Positions 35,245 to 47,575 of a stretch of 64,000 bases of DNA are shown in pieces. The stretch spans positions 992,001-1,056,000 of the forward strand of contig OZ025805.1 in NCBI GenBank assembly GCA_964019425.1, written 5' to 3'. Positions within the stretch are counted from its first letter, which is position 1; each line of letters opens with the position of its first letter. A program made the position numbers and the translations under genes. The notes under the pieces are model-generated. The model was not told where the DNA came from. It worked only from the letters and a program-made list of their open reading frames with translations, and did no database searches. The stretch comes from Flectonema sp. DT1601. Taxonomy: Eukaryota.

Positions 35245-35937
35245 AGTCTGGTGTTTTTTTTTCTTTTTCTTTGTTCTTAGTTTTTAATACTCTTGTTCTT
35301 CTTATATATTATTGAGGCTGGCTGCTTTGCCTTCCATTTAGAGATGAAATTGTTTTGATCTTGTGGAGAAATTCAGTTCTGTTTTTTTTTTTTTAAACCA
35401 ATTATCAATATAGACAGGGACGGCTCTTTTTTTTTAAAATTATTGCTGTAGCTGCCTGACTTTCCTTCCTTACTGCTGTTAGTGACGATTATTTATCACA
35501 CTTGTAAAGTAGTTGTGTCCTTCTGTTTAAATAAATCTGAGAATCTTAACTTATTCAGATTTTTCTTTTTTTTTTTCCCGTCTCTCTTTATCTTTGTTCT
35601 TTGTTCTTATGGCTCTCCTTTCAACCGCTGCTGGTTCTGACGGAGCTAAAAAGTTATAAAAATATTTTATACAATAACGTAATTAGTTCTTCCTCCCTCT
35701 TTTCTTTTTATCATCTCTCCATATAAACACTTCGTTAGGTGTCTAAATTATTGATCTGTAGACTGATATTTTGTTGATGATGTTGTCATCAGACGAGTGT
35801 ACACAATAAATTTCCGTCCATGTTTTTTTTTGTTTGGTCTCGGTTATCGTTGTTTTAACAAACATATGTTTTTTTTTTTTTTTTTTGAAACAACACTTGT
35901 TTAACTTTTATTGCTTCTTCAGTTTAATTAAAAAAAC

Positions 35938-36688
35938 ATGTCTGCCCTTCACGACAAGCTCTCCAAGAGACGTAAGTTCGTCGCCGATGGAGTCTTCTAC
36001 TGTGAGTTGAACGAGTACCTCAGAAGAGAACTTGCTGAGGATGGTTTCTCTGGAGTTGAGGTTTGTTTTCTTATTTTTATTACGATGTGGATTCTTTTTT
36101 TTTTTTTTTTGTTATTTTATTTACACAATCCAATGTCCAATAACTAACTAACAGGTAAGAGTAACCCCACAACGTACTGAGATCATCATCAAGGCCACTC
36201 GCTCAAAGGACGTTCTCGGAGAGGGAGGTCGTCGTATCAGAGAATTGACTTCAGTTGTTCAGAAGAGATTCGGATTCCCAGAAGGAGGAGTTGAATTGTA
36301 CGCTGAGCGTGTCATGAACAGAGGTCTGTCTGCCATTGCTCAGACTGAGTCTTTGAGATACAAACTTGTTGGAGGACTTCCAGTCCGTCGTGCATGCTAC
36401 GGAGTTATGAAGTTCGTAATGGAATCCCAGGCTAAGGGTATTGAGATCGTCGTTGCTGGTAAGATCAGAGGACAGAGAGCAAAGGCCATGAAGTTCAAGG
36501 ACGGATACATGAAGTGGTCTGGAGACGTCCCAAGAGACTTCGTGTCTGAGTGCACCAGACACATCTACATGAGACAGGGAGTTCTTGGTCTTAAGGTTAA
36601 GATTATGCTTGACTGGGACCCTAAGGGAGAGAAGGGACCAACTAAGCCACAACCTGATGTCGTCACCGTCTACAACCCAAAGGAGTAA
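35938..36688 (+). CDS. RPS3: 40S ribosomal protein S3 (uS3). join(35938..36060,36155..36688)
   Basis: [62 protein letters not shown]. Confidence 0.98.
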
Positions 36689-36933
36689 ACTGGTGCGACT
36701 GTTGTTGATTTTGGATGTGTTTTTTTATTAAGCATTTGAATTTTATTGTCAGCCAAAAAAATGGAAAAAAAAAAAAAAAAAAAAAGAAAATATGTGCTAA
36801 GCCCTCATAACAACATCAGCACCCTCACAAATAATTCCTTTCAATCAGCCAACACACACGCAAGAGAGCATTTCTTAAAAAAAAGTTAATTTATTAATTG
36901 TAATAACGTTATTATTTCAAGGGTCGTCATAAT

Positions 36934-38204
36934 ATGAGCATCGTTCGGAGCATGCTTGCGGGTGTTTCCCGAGTTGGTCCTCTGCAAGCACAACGAAGAT
37001 TTAAGAAAGGAGAATCTAAGGGAATGTCAAAGACAAGTACGAAGGGAACTGGAGTGAATAACACCGTTATGGAAATACCGAAGTGGTCTTATGATTTGAG
37101 AATGCAAATTAGAAGTGATGAATGGAAGAGAAGGGCTCTTCGAAATCATCACCCAGAAGTGTGGCTTAAGAATGTTAATTGGGTAGAATCGCTAGAGTCT
37201 TTTACAGTAGATCCTGAGTATCATTGGGAATATTACAAACAAGCTCATAGACAGTTTCTTTACAACCATCCAGAAGACTACACTAACTTCATTGATGAAG
37301 TCTTAGAACACGTTGAGCTCCGTCCTGAGTTGTGGGTTCCTCGAGTTCTCAGAGTTTTTCAAGATTTAAAAACACGTTATGGAGTCTCACAAAGACAATA
37401 CACTTCCTTAATTCAAATTTATGGCAAGGCTAGGTTCTTATCAAAAGCTGAGGAAGCGTTCAAAGAGATTGGAAAAAACAAGCTTCCTTACAACAAAGAC
37501 AACTATCTTGCTATGTGCAGAGCATACATATTATGTCGAGCTCAAATAACTGAAGAAACAGCTGCTGCAAACTGCAAGAAGCTATACAATGAAGCTCTCG
37601 TAAAGGGAATAATTATGCCTGAATACGTAACTGGATTGTCTTTTAATAGATTCTATAAACAACTTAAGGAAATTGGATCTGAATTAGATCACAAAGAACG
37701 CAAAGCATTAAAGAAAGAAGACAAGTGTGGACTTCATTTGAAAATGTGGGATAACAAGACCCTCTATCACAATATAAAGTATGTTAAGTTTTATACTCTT
37801 TTTTTTTTTTTTTTTTTTAATTGTGAGAAGCAAATAAATAAACACAACCAACACTCACGCAGACCAAAACCAAGAACACCGAGAGAGTGGCTGTTCTTTG
37901 GGCATCCTCTCAACCGAGTCCAGGCAACTGAAATTGACTACAAAGGAGTCAAGAAAGGAGAACCATATTACCATCAGTCGTGGGAGAAGTACGGATACCC
38001 AAATCAGGTTTGTTCTTTAGATTTTGTTGAATGTTATTTCAAAACTACCTTCACATCAACACTCCAACACTTCAACAGGTTCGATGGATAGAACGCTGGC
38101 GTCAATTCAGAAAGGATGGTCATTGGAAGGAATGGGACGCTCAGAAAGACTTTTGGAGCAAACAAGAAACAGTCGCCCCCGGAATGGAGGCAGCCAGCAA
38201 CTAA
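36934..38204 (+). CDS. Probable mitochondrial PPR-containing protein. join(36934..37778,37863..38007,38079..38204)
   Basis: Arg/Ser-rich presequence MSIVRSMLAGVSRV..QRRF; PPR-like QYTSLIQIYGKARFLSKAEEAFKEI; two GT-AG introns. Confidence 0.75.
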
Positions 38205-38595
38205 AAAAGTTTCAAAATCTTTCTGATTTTGCTTCTAATGTACAGATGTTGTACATCCACGACCAGGTTGTTGTATTGTGTTAATGATTGGTAAGCCATC
38301 GATCTAATGCGACTCATATCCAGCAACTCAAATCAAGTGAGTAGCGTAGTCTCTCAAAGACTACTAATCTCCTGATGATGTCAGGACAGCGGTAACAGTG
38401 TGGTTTTGAATTTTTCGTAAGGCTGTCATATTTGAATTATTTATTTAACAGGAAGCCATCTGCAGGGAGTTTGAAGAATAAACGGAGACGGTTTTATTGT
38501 AAGTTGTGATTGTTTTTTTTTATTTATTTATTATTTTAATGCTTTTTAATTTTTTCTCTACAAACACAGCCTCCCTGACAATTCAGCATGCAGTG

Positions 38596-41500
38596 ATGTC
38601 ATTCTGCTGCGGAGGCAGCGAACTACCGATCGAGGATGAGATAGAAAAGTATAGAGAAGTCAGCGCATACGTTACAAGAGAGCCTAATGTATTGTACTCT
38701 GTTCATAAAGACCCTCCAAATCCAGATTTACAGGTGTGGGGAGCTTTTGCCGTAGCATCGTTATATTTTGGTACATTTATTGAATATATCGACATCTTAA
38801 TCGGTTTTGAAGTAGGTAAGACTCCAACTTCCCAGATGTGGGGAGGAAATTCCGAAAAAACCAAAACATTTCTTCGACAAACATCTCTCTTAAGCAGATC
38901 ACTTGATCGCTTCAGTCAAACATGTCTGAGGCCTTTTATGGTTAAGGTCGTTGGACCAATTATAAAAACAATGCTGACACTACCACCTCTTCCTGACTTA
39001 GGAGACACTGACAGCACTGGCAGAGAAGAAATTGTAAAAGTAGTAAACATGTTTATTACGTCACTAAGAGATAATTTAAACTCCTGTCCTCCAATGCTAA
39101 GAAGAATCTGTCTAAGGATCAGCAATGCAGCAAAGATGTGTCAGGGGAATGCTTCTCATATGGTATCATCATTCATTATGTTGAGATGCCTCACACCATC
39201 AATTGCTGTACCAGAACGATATGGTTTAATTGAGGCTATGGGTATTTCTGAAAGTCAATTGTCAGTATCACGTAATAATCTGTTATTAGTTTCAAAAGTG
39301 TTGCAAAAACTTGCAAACGGAACTCGATACGGAGCTGAATTCGCTTCCATCAACGAAGCCTTTGACGAGTTATCACCTCGATTTCAATCAGCTATTATGT
39401 CTTATGCTAGTGAGCCTGCTTCTACAAAGGGAGCGTATGCACCTCCATCGAGTCTTGCTTTGGAAGAAGTAATTGAAACATGTACAGGATTACATAAAGA
39501 TCTTCACCGGTCATATTCGATGTTTCACAGATCATTGTGTCATCTGACTCCGTTAATTGATGGTCACGCAATAGTTCAAAAGATGTTGTCGTTGTTGCCG
39601 GTTGCTCCTCCTCATTTGGCATTCGCATTGGCACCGACTCAGAAGCTAAACGACGACGGAGTTCAAGAAACTGATATCGATGTTCAATACAATCAATCAC
39701 TACAAGACGCTCATCATCCATTAGAAGACCTCGCTGTTAAATTAACTTCAGTTATGCGAACTCGTTGCTTTAGAGTTTGTGGTATGAATAAAGATCGCTG
39801 CTCTGTTCTTCAAATCATCTCTCACCGTATCCCTACGGACCCTTCTATGCAACACGCTCTTCAGTTGTATTTTATAAAATTGTATGTTTTGCTTTGTTTT
39901 GTTTAGTTAAATAACTAATTGTTCTGTAGTGACCCCACTCATTTCTTTAATGGCATAGATTGCTTGGACGACATCGTAATATTATACTTCCTGATGAACT
40001 TTATTAATCCTTGAAATCCGACTTCTGAGTGAGGATAACCTTAACATGACTAACTATTACTGATAAACATGTGTTCTCTTGTTGTTGTCGTCATCTTGTT
40101 GGGGTTGTGTTGTTCTTGTCAGCTGTTCTTTATTGCCTTCACTCACTACCTGATGAACTTTATTAATCCTTGAAATCCGACTTCTGAGTGAGGATAACCT
40201 AAACATGACTAACTATTACTGATAAACATGTGTTCTCTTGTTGTTGTCATTATCTTGTTGGGGTTGTGTTGTTCTTGTCAGCTGTTCTTTATTACCTTCA
40301 CTCGCTACCTGATGAACTTTATTAATCCTTGAAATCCGACTTCTGAGTGAGGATAACCTTAACATGACTAACTATTACTGATAAACATGTGTTCTCTTGT
40401 TGTTGTCATTATCTTGTTGTGGTTGTGTTGTTCTTGTCAGCTGTTCTTTATTACCTTCACTCACTACCTGATGAACTTTATTAATCCTTGAAATCCGACT
40501 TCTGAGTGAGGATAACCTTAACATGACTAACTATTACTGATAAACATGTGTTCTCTTGTTGTTGTCGTCATCTTGTTGGGGTTGTGTTGTTCTTGTCAGC
40601 TGTTCTTTATTGCCTTCACTCACTACCTGATGAACTTTATTAATCCTTGAAATCCGACTTCTGAGTGAGGATAACCTAAACATGACTAACTATTACTGAT
40701 AAACATGTGTTCTCTTGTTGTTGTCATTATCTTGTTGGGGTTGTGTTGTTCTTGTCAGCTGTTCTTTATTACCTTCACTCGCTACCTGATGAACTTTATT
40801 AATCCTTGAAATCCGACTTCTGAGTGAGGATAACCTTAACATGACTAACTATTACTGATAAACATGTGTTCTCTTGTTGTTGTCATTATCTTGTTGTGGT
40901 TGTGTTGTTCTTGTCAGCTGTTCTTTATTACCTTCACTCGCTACCTGATGAACTTTATTAATCCTTGAAATCCGACTTCTGAGTGAGGATAACCTAAACA
41001 TGACTAACTATTACTGATAAACATGTGTTCTCTTGTTGTTGTCATTATCTTGTTGGGGTTGTGTTGTTCTTGTCAGCTGTTCTTTATTACCTTCACTCGC
41101 TACCTGATGAACTTTATTAATCCTTGAAATCCGACTTCTGAGTGAGGATAACCTTAACATGACTAACTATTACTGATAAACATGTGTTCTCTTGTTGTTG
41201 TCATTATCTTGTTGTGGTTGTGTTGTTCTTGTCAGCTGTTCTTTATTACCTTCACTCGCTACCTGATGAACTTTATTAATCCTTGAAATCCGACTTCTGA
41301 GTGAGGATAACCTAAACATGACTAACTATTACTGATAAACATGTGTTCTCTTGTTGTTGTCGTCATCTTGTTGGGGTTGTGTTGTTCTTGTCAGCTGTTC
41401 TTTATTACCTTCACTCGCTACCTGATGAACTTTATTAATCCTTGAAATCCGACTTCTGAGTGAGGATAACCTTAACATGACTAACTATTACTGATAAACA

Positions 41501-43086
41501 TGTGTTCTCTTGTTGTTGTCGTCATCTTGTTGGGGTTGTGTTGTTCTTGTCAGCTGTTCTTTATTGCCTTCACTCGCTACCTGATGAACTTTATTAATCC
41601 TTGAAATCCGACTTCTGAGTGAGGATAACCTTAACATGACTAACTATTACTGATAAACATGTGTTCTCTTGTTGTTGTCATTATCTTGTTGGGGTTGTGT
41701 TGTTCTTGTCAGCTGTTCTTTATTGCCTTCACTCGCTACCTGATGAACTTTATTAATCCTTGAAATCCGACTTCTGAGTGAGGATAACCTTAACATGACT
41801 AACTATTACTGATAAACATGTGTTCTCTTGTTGTTGTCGTCATCTTGTTGGGGTTGTGTTGTTCTTGTCAGCTGTTCTTTATTGCCTTCACTCGCTACCT
41901 GATGAACTTTATTAATCCTTGAAATCCGACTTCTGAGTGAGGATAACCTTAACATGACTAACTATTACTGATAAACATGTGTTCTCTTGTTGTTTTGTCA
42001 CTGTCGGCTTTTGTTTTGTTAAGAATTAGAAAATATAAAAAATAACAAAACCACAGGATGGATGGGATCGTGTGTTATCCTTATTATATTACAATGTTGG
42101 TTGAAACACAACTGGGAAACTCAGCAGCTCGTTCGGTTTTTGGATGGTTGCGGAAAACCTTTGATACCGTATGTGAAATATCTTATTAATTTCAAAACAA
42201 CAACGACAACTAACTCAACTCAACAATAAAATAACAGGCACTCACAGCAAAGTATAAGAAGAACTTGAAGGGATTGTACTTTTTAAATCCACCTCTTTGG
42301 GTGAAAGGATTACTACAAGTCTTTCAACCCTTAGTATTAAATAGAGTTATTAGAAAGATAAGTTATGCTGCATCTGTTCCTTCTCTACTTGAAGAGCTTA
42401 GCATGGATGCTAAAAGGTTCCCTGTTTCTCCTTCAATTGCAGATGACTGTGGTGCTGTTAAGATTCAACCATCGATGGGGATTGCTTTGAGTGAAGTTAT
42501 GATTCGGCCTATTCAAGTAGATATGGATTACCCTTCTCTTCCTTATCAATGTATTAATTGGATTAAGATGCATGGACTGGCACTAAATGGAATATTCAGC
42601 ATGGAAGATATTAAAGTAATACCCGAGAGTAATAGTGTTCAACAAGACTTATCGAGTATAGGTTTGCATTCAACAGCTCATCTTCTTGTTCAGTTTATCG
42701 CTGCTATCCCTGGAGGGTTATTAGGACCTCAAGTGATGGAATTACTATCAGCAGCAGCTGACTTACATGTGGCACCTGAAGATTTGGAACAGTATGAAGA
42801 AATGAATAGACTTCCTGCTTCTGAACGAATCTTATCTTCTCTAAGTAGGCTTCCACAGGTTAATTTAGCACTGACTCAAGAGTTCTTTTCATTACTTCAT
42901 TTGGTTGCTATAAACTCTGCGTCTAATCATATGACAATATCAAAGCTGACTTCTTTATTAACATCGAAAGTGTTTTGTAACACGGCTGTTTCTATTCCAT
43001 CTGACTCCGAGAAATCAATTACTAAATTCTTAATATCACAACCTGCAGAGTTTTGGACAGAGGTATGGAAATTGCAAAACGGATAG
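38596..43086 (+). CDS. RasGAP + CRAL-TRIO/BCH + RhoGAP-like multidomain protein. join(38596..39881,42057..42168,42238..43086)
   Basis: RasGAP FLRQTSLLSR, FIMLRCLTPSI, SKVLQKLAN. Splicing rebuilds YFIKLMDGIV..FGWLRK..KYKKNLKGLYFLNP (BCH-like). RhoGAP-like LPQVN..NHMTISKL. Confidence 0.85.
39990..41993 (+). repeat. Intronic tandem array, 159-bp unit, ~12.6 copies, each with box C/D-like motifs
   Basis: ctgatgaact starts at 39991, 40150, 40309 ... 41740, 41899 (13 starts, exact 159-bp period). The array lies inside the 2175-nt intron 39882-42056. Confidence 0.97.
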
Positions 43087-43201
43087 TATCTCTGCTGTGT
43101 CTCATCGCTGTCATCACATTCCGCCACAAACTGTCTCCAGCAGTCATTTGACATGTTTTTGAAGAAGAAAAAAAAAAAAAAAAAAAAACTCGAAAGGAAA
43201 A

Positions 43202-43306
43202 CCATTCGGATTAGCCTTATTTCTTTGAATGCAGATAGAATCCTGTCTCACAGGAGATGCATAAGAAATATATCGGCTTTTCAATCTGAATGGTTTCTTC
43301 TCCAAC

Positions 43307-43308
<2 letters not shown>
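43202..43308. mobile_element. Hairpin/subterminal-IR element, copy 5 (opposite orientation, hairpin decayed)
   Basis: ccattcggattagccttat...gcagatagaatcctgtc...ggcttttcaatctgaatggtttcttctcc is the reverse complement of the family consensus. Confidence 0.8.
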
Positions 43309-43344
<36 letters not shown>

Positions 43345-44318
43345 GAATGAGATGTTTTTTTTGTGCGTTAACTTGCACACGGTAAACCAATTTACGAAAC
43401 CTCACAACATAAAAGAGGGGAGGAAAAAAATGATAAAAAACCAATGTGTGTATTCCACTGTGGCGTGATGACTATTACTTCTTTGGAGTTTGGATGAACT
43501 TCAGGTGCAAAGGAGTGTTTGTTGCCTTGTTACTTGTTTCTTCTTTCTCTATTTATTTCTTTTTTTTTTTTTATATCTAAACGTTAGTAGTTCGTTGTGA
43601 TTCTGTTTGTTTTTGACCTGTTTTTTTTTCTTTTTTTTTTTCTTTTCTTAATGTGTTTAGCCGTAGCAACGTACATTTAGTACTCCGTGTGGTTGCGTTA
43701 ACGAGGTGTTTGTTGCCATATTACGTAGTCTTATTAATATCGTTGTTTTTTTTTTTTAATTAAACAGTCCCTTATGTATTCTGTTGGCTGGGTGGCGCTT
43801 AAGTAGCAAAGCGATAACAGAAAGGAGACATCAATGAGACCCTCTTTGTATTTCTATATCGTACTTTGAATGTAGCCAAGCAAATGGTTCCACGTAAGAA
43901 AATATATCTACCTGGGGTGGATTATTCTAAAAAAAACCTTTTCTTTATTTTTCTATTTTTTGTTGTTGTGCGTGGTCGGTACTAATGATCTGAACGAACA
44001 TAAATGTGAAAAATCAGTAGTGAGAAATTGCTTGACGAACAGAAAGTTAAGTTTAAAAAAGAAGAAAGGAGAAAAAAAAAAAAAAAGGCACGTTTTATCT
44101 TTCCAATCCTTTAATATTATGATATATGTGCACTCGCTTGGACAGCCAGTTCAACAGGTTATGTGTTTTTACTAGTGTAACGAGATTTATGATTTATCCA
44201 TTAACAAGAAATACACAACTATGTTGGCGTTTCGAGGTGTTTTTTTTTGTAATCATTCTTGTTAGGTCCCCTCTCACTTTTATTTTTATTAATGCAACAG
44301 GTTTGGTCATAAAAAAAT

Positions 44319-44906
44319 ATGAAGGCAGCTCGTCAACGACTTGTCCGTGCACTACAATCAGAATTGCGGGATAACAGCATCCAACGTGATTCAACGCGGA
44401 GAATCGAACTGGAGCATGAAGGATGGGAAATCAAACAGGAACAAAATACAACAACATTTAAAAGAGGATGGGTAGACATATCTACAAGAACATCACAAGC
44501 GGCAGAGTTTCCTGTTGGATTAGTGGAACCTGGGGAGATGCAAGTTCGTCGATTTGACATTAAAATACAACCTTCTGGTAAGGAAAAAACAATGATTATA
44601 AAGGTTGTAGTTCCCACAGCATCTTCACTCAAGAAAGTTCCAACGGAAACTACCGTCGTACAGGACGTTCTAATAATTCCAAATTCGGAATTAAATAATA
44701 AACAATATCAACCATTTATTGAATGGAAGCACAAGTTTTCTGAGCAACTAATACTCTCAGAAATGCAAAGACTGGGTGTGAATGATAATTTTTTGTTTCA
44801 AGCAGAAGCGGTTGCCGCTGACCATGAAGAAGGTGGCTACAGAGACTGGTTATCAGGATGTATGAATGTGATTGACAATGGCAAGAAAAGCACCTCAACT
44901 ATCTAA
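44319..44906 (+). CDS. MAM33/p32-like mitochondrial protein (divergent)
   Basis: LVRALQSEL N-terminal helix; C-terminal RLGVNDNF...DHEEGGYRDWL pattern. Confidence 0.55.
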   Translation: MKAARQRLVRALQSELRDNSIQRDSTRRIELEHEGWEIKQEQNTTTFKRGWVDISTRTSQAAEFPVGLVEPGEMQVRRFDIKIQPSGKEKTMIIKVVVPTASSLKKVPTETTVVQDVLIIPNSELNNKQYQPFIEWKHKFSEQLILSEMQRLGVNDNFLFQAEAVAADHEEGGYRDWLSGCMNVIDNGKKSTSTI

Positions 44907-44998
44907 TTTATAAAAGACATTGCGAAATAAGAGACCCTGTATTGGCATTCAGACCAATTTTAGTATATATTTTTACAACACAGGATGAAGTTGGAATC

Positions 44999-46414
44999 AT
45001 GCTAATAAAGAGCCCTCTATTGTGGTTGATAATCCATATTGCTTCCCTCTCTCTGTGTTGGTATCGCAGTGAAGGTGAATTGAAAGGGGAACGTCTTGCA
45101 GAGGATGAATTTTTAGCGTCACAACAGCTACGAGTTATGCAAAACGGAACAATAAAACAAACATTCACAGATATTGATCATAAACAGAGGTTACTGAGAT
45201 TCATAATGCCATTTGAGTTTATAACAACTTCATTTGGGATGTACATCACACATAATACGAGTGAAATCCAAATGATATATTGGAGAGACCCAACCTCAAA
45301 TGAGATCATTGTGAGCGGGATTGTCAGGAAAGAATCTGGCAGCACCCATCCTGCGTGGCCCATCAAAATTAGTTGGATTCAAAGGCATGAACAGCCCACT
45401 CTAGAAAAGGGATTCATTAACAGCTGTGTGTTAGTAATCACATTTTGTTTATTGTCTTTACTGTCGAGATCAAGGCAGTGTTTTTATGAATACAATCGCA
45501 ATCACATATCAAAGCAAACAGATGTCAGTTTGCATCTTCATGAAGCATTCACAACACCAAAGTACAACACATATTATTGCTGGATAATTCCAACATTGTC
45601 GATTGGGTGTCACCTGGCAATTACGATACCAATCGTTTGTCTTTTTCCTGACTACAGACAAAGTCTATATTCCTTACTTGTGTTCCCCTGTAGTTATGTT
45701 GTTACGTATTTCAATAATGGTCCTCAAAATGGGAAAACAAAATCAAGACAACAATTCGTACCATTGATCGCAACATTTCTCATTCTAATACTAGCAACTT
45801 GTGAGCAAGTAGTAAGTCTTCCCATTGCTGTTTTAATCGTCGGAGGTATTTTGCTTGGGCATATGGTGGAATGGCCTGTTGAGAGTCTTCGTTCAGACAT
45901 TGCCTACAGCTACAATGTCAACATATTTTCTCGTAATCTCCCTCTTCTGGGGGGAAAGATTAATTGCATGTTAACTGTTGTTGTTATTGTTTGCATTATC
46001 TTATTGAGAGTTGGAAGCAATGATGACCTGCTACTCTTTGCACTGAAGAGTGAATCTTATTACAATATGAGATTTATTTTCCTTGCTCTGCTTTTTATCC
46101 TTACTGTTGTAGTTGTTTGTGTTTCTTGGACACTTATCGCTATTCATCTTAGCCTCAAAGAAAATTTCAAATGGCATGAAAAAGTACTTTTTGCGCCAGC
46201 TGCCATATCCATTGCCACTTTTGTTTCTTTCTGTTCTGTTCCGGAGGTTTATTTAATTGTTCCTTATACTGCTCTGTTTCGAGCTATGGGTATTGCGATT
46301 GTTGTCTTCTTCAGCTGCTATTTCATCACATTCGTGTCTTGCTACTTCGCACTTATCTCTTATGTTGATGTACTATACCAACATAAGGGGCGAGATTCTA
46401 CCGTGAGCTGTTAG
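44999..46414 (+). CDS. Multi-pass membrane protein, divergent TM9SF/EMP70-like
   Basis: Signal peptide, lumenal domain and ~9 hydrophobic segments; ENFKWH..LFAPA resembles the TM9SF EDYxWWW motif. Confidence 0.6.
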   Translation: MLIKSPLLWLIIHIASLSLCWYRSEGELKGERLAEDEFLASQQLRVMQNGTIKQTFTDIDHKQRLLRFIMPFEFITTSFGMYITHNTSEIQMIYWRDPTSNEIIVSGIVRKESGSTHPAWPIKISWIQRHEQPTLEKGFINSCVLVITFCLLSLLSRSRQCFYEYNRNHISKQTDVSLHLHEAFTTPKYNTYYCWIIPTLSIGCHLAITIPIVCLFPDYRQSLYSLLVFPCSYVVTYFNNGPQNGKTKSRQQFVPLIATFLILILATCEQVVSLPIAVLIVGGILLGHMVEWPVESLRSDIAYSYNVNIFSRNLPLLGGKINCMLTVVVIVCIILLRVGSNDDLLLFALKSESYYNMRFIFLALLFILTVVVVCVSWTLIAIHLSLKENFKWHEKVLFAPAAISIATFVSFCSVPEVYLIVPYTALFRAMGIAIVVFFSCYFITFVSCYFALISYVDVLYQHKGRDSTVSC

Positions 46415-46736
46415 CTGAGAGAACGATGAAAAAAGAAAAGTTTTAATAGATGGTTTCGTGATTCCTTGTCATCATTTTCCAGGCGTCTAATTTTTCTTGC
46501 CTGCTCCATTCAAGAACATACGCTGTTCAACATCTATTTGGTTTCTTTTTTAAATTTTATAACTTATTTAATTCTTTCAGCAGTGGGGCCATGGTTTCAA
46601 AAGCATTGGTTTCGCAGCATCAAAAAGGATCAGAACTGCTTTCCATTCATCAGGGCAGCAAAAGCCTCCACCACAGCAATATGTTCAACCTCTTCAACCT
46701 GTTGTACCTCACCTTCCACATGTTACAAACCCAGTG

Positions 46737-47375
46737 ATGATTCCACAACAGCAACCACAACAGCCTGTTGAGATGGAGAAGAATGGACAGGGACAACCTT
46801 GTAAGGTAGTACTTCTTAAGAATGTCCCTTTGACTGTTGACTTAGCAATGCTCACACAAGTATTAGATCAATATGTTGGTCAGTTTGGTGCGAAGGTTTG
46901 TAAACTCTTTCCAATGTGGGACACAGGAATGGCCTTCGCTGAATTGACAAAAACTATAAACCTCTCTCTTCACAAACTGCAACTTCAAGATGACTGGGTC
47001 GACTTGCAGGTTGCTAAAATTAGAAAGGTGAATGGAACTCCAATGTCTAACATCTTACAGGTTAGATTTATTACTTTGACTCCCGAGAGAGATATTTCTA
47101 CCACTGCGACCGCGCACATGCTCATCAAAAGGTTGTAGGACTTGGTAATGTTCGACTAACCTAACAGCAGAAGGGGCTAAAGTTCTGGCATCACAATTAG
47201 GTACTTCTTGGGAGTCAGCTATTATTCCTCCAGCCTCCGTTCGATCAACAAAACACCTGCGAAGAAAGTATGCTCAGCTCTCGTTACAGCAGATAATGAA
47301 CCTTGTCTAAACTCGGCAAACAATCTTGCTAAAGATAAATATGTGAAGAAAAGACAATGGTTGCGGCAAGATTAG
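46737..47375 (+). CDS. RRM-like protein, 5' end uncertain. join(46737..47131,47201..47375)
   Basis: KVVLLKNVP (RNP2-like) and TGMAFAEL (RNP1-like). Intron 47132-47200 restores an open frame. The frame is also open upstream to ~46584. Confidence 0.5.
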
Positions 47376-47391
47376 ATAACAATGGAAAGAA

Positions 47392-47497
47392 AAAAAGGTG
47401 ATACTTTCTCGATTAATGCGTGTCATCCTTGCGCAGGGACCATGCTAATCTTCTCTGTATCGATCCAATTTTAACGGATGTCCCATTGCTGGGCTCC
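47392..47497 (-). ncRNA. U6: U6 snRNA, copy 1
   Basis: Minus strand reads GGAGCCCAGCAATGGGACATCC...GATACAGAGAAGATTAGCATGGTCCCTGCGCAAGGATGACACGCA...TTTTT (ACAGAGA box, AGC triad, ISL, T-run terminator). Confidence 0.97.
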
Positions 47498-47564
47498 GAA
47501 TAACAGACTAGTGACCACCAAGCAGATCCGAAGATTGGGTCCGACAAAAAAAATGACCCGGACC

Positions 47565-47575
47565 GGAATCGAACT
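47565..47575 (-). promoter_or_regulatory. B-box-like Pol III element upstream of U6 copy 1
   Basis: AGTTCGATTCC at -68 to -78 on the U6 strand, retained in both copies. Confidence 0.6.

Noticed and set aside
39990..40050. Hammerhead/retrozyme reading of the 159-bp array (CTGATGA...GAAA-TCC...GGA-TA)
   Set aside because: Stem III can form, but stems I and II cannot pair next to the core in any strand order I tried.
39990..41993. CRISPR array or coding repeat (159 = 53 x 3)
   Set aside because: The units are near-identical with no unique spacers, there are no cas genes, the context is a eukaryotic intron, and no ORF spans it.
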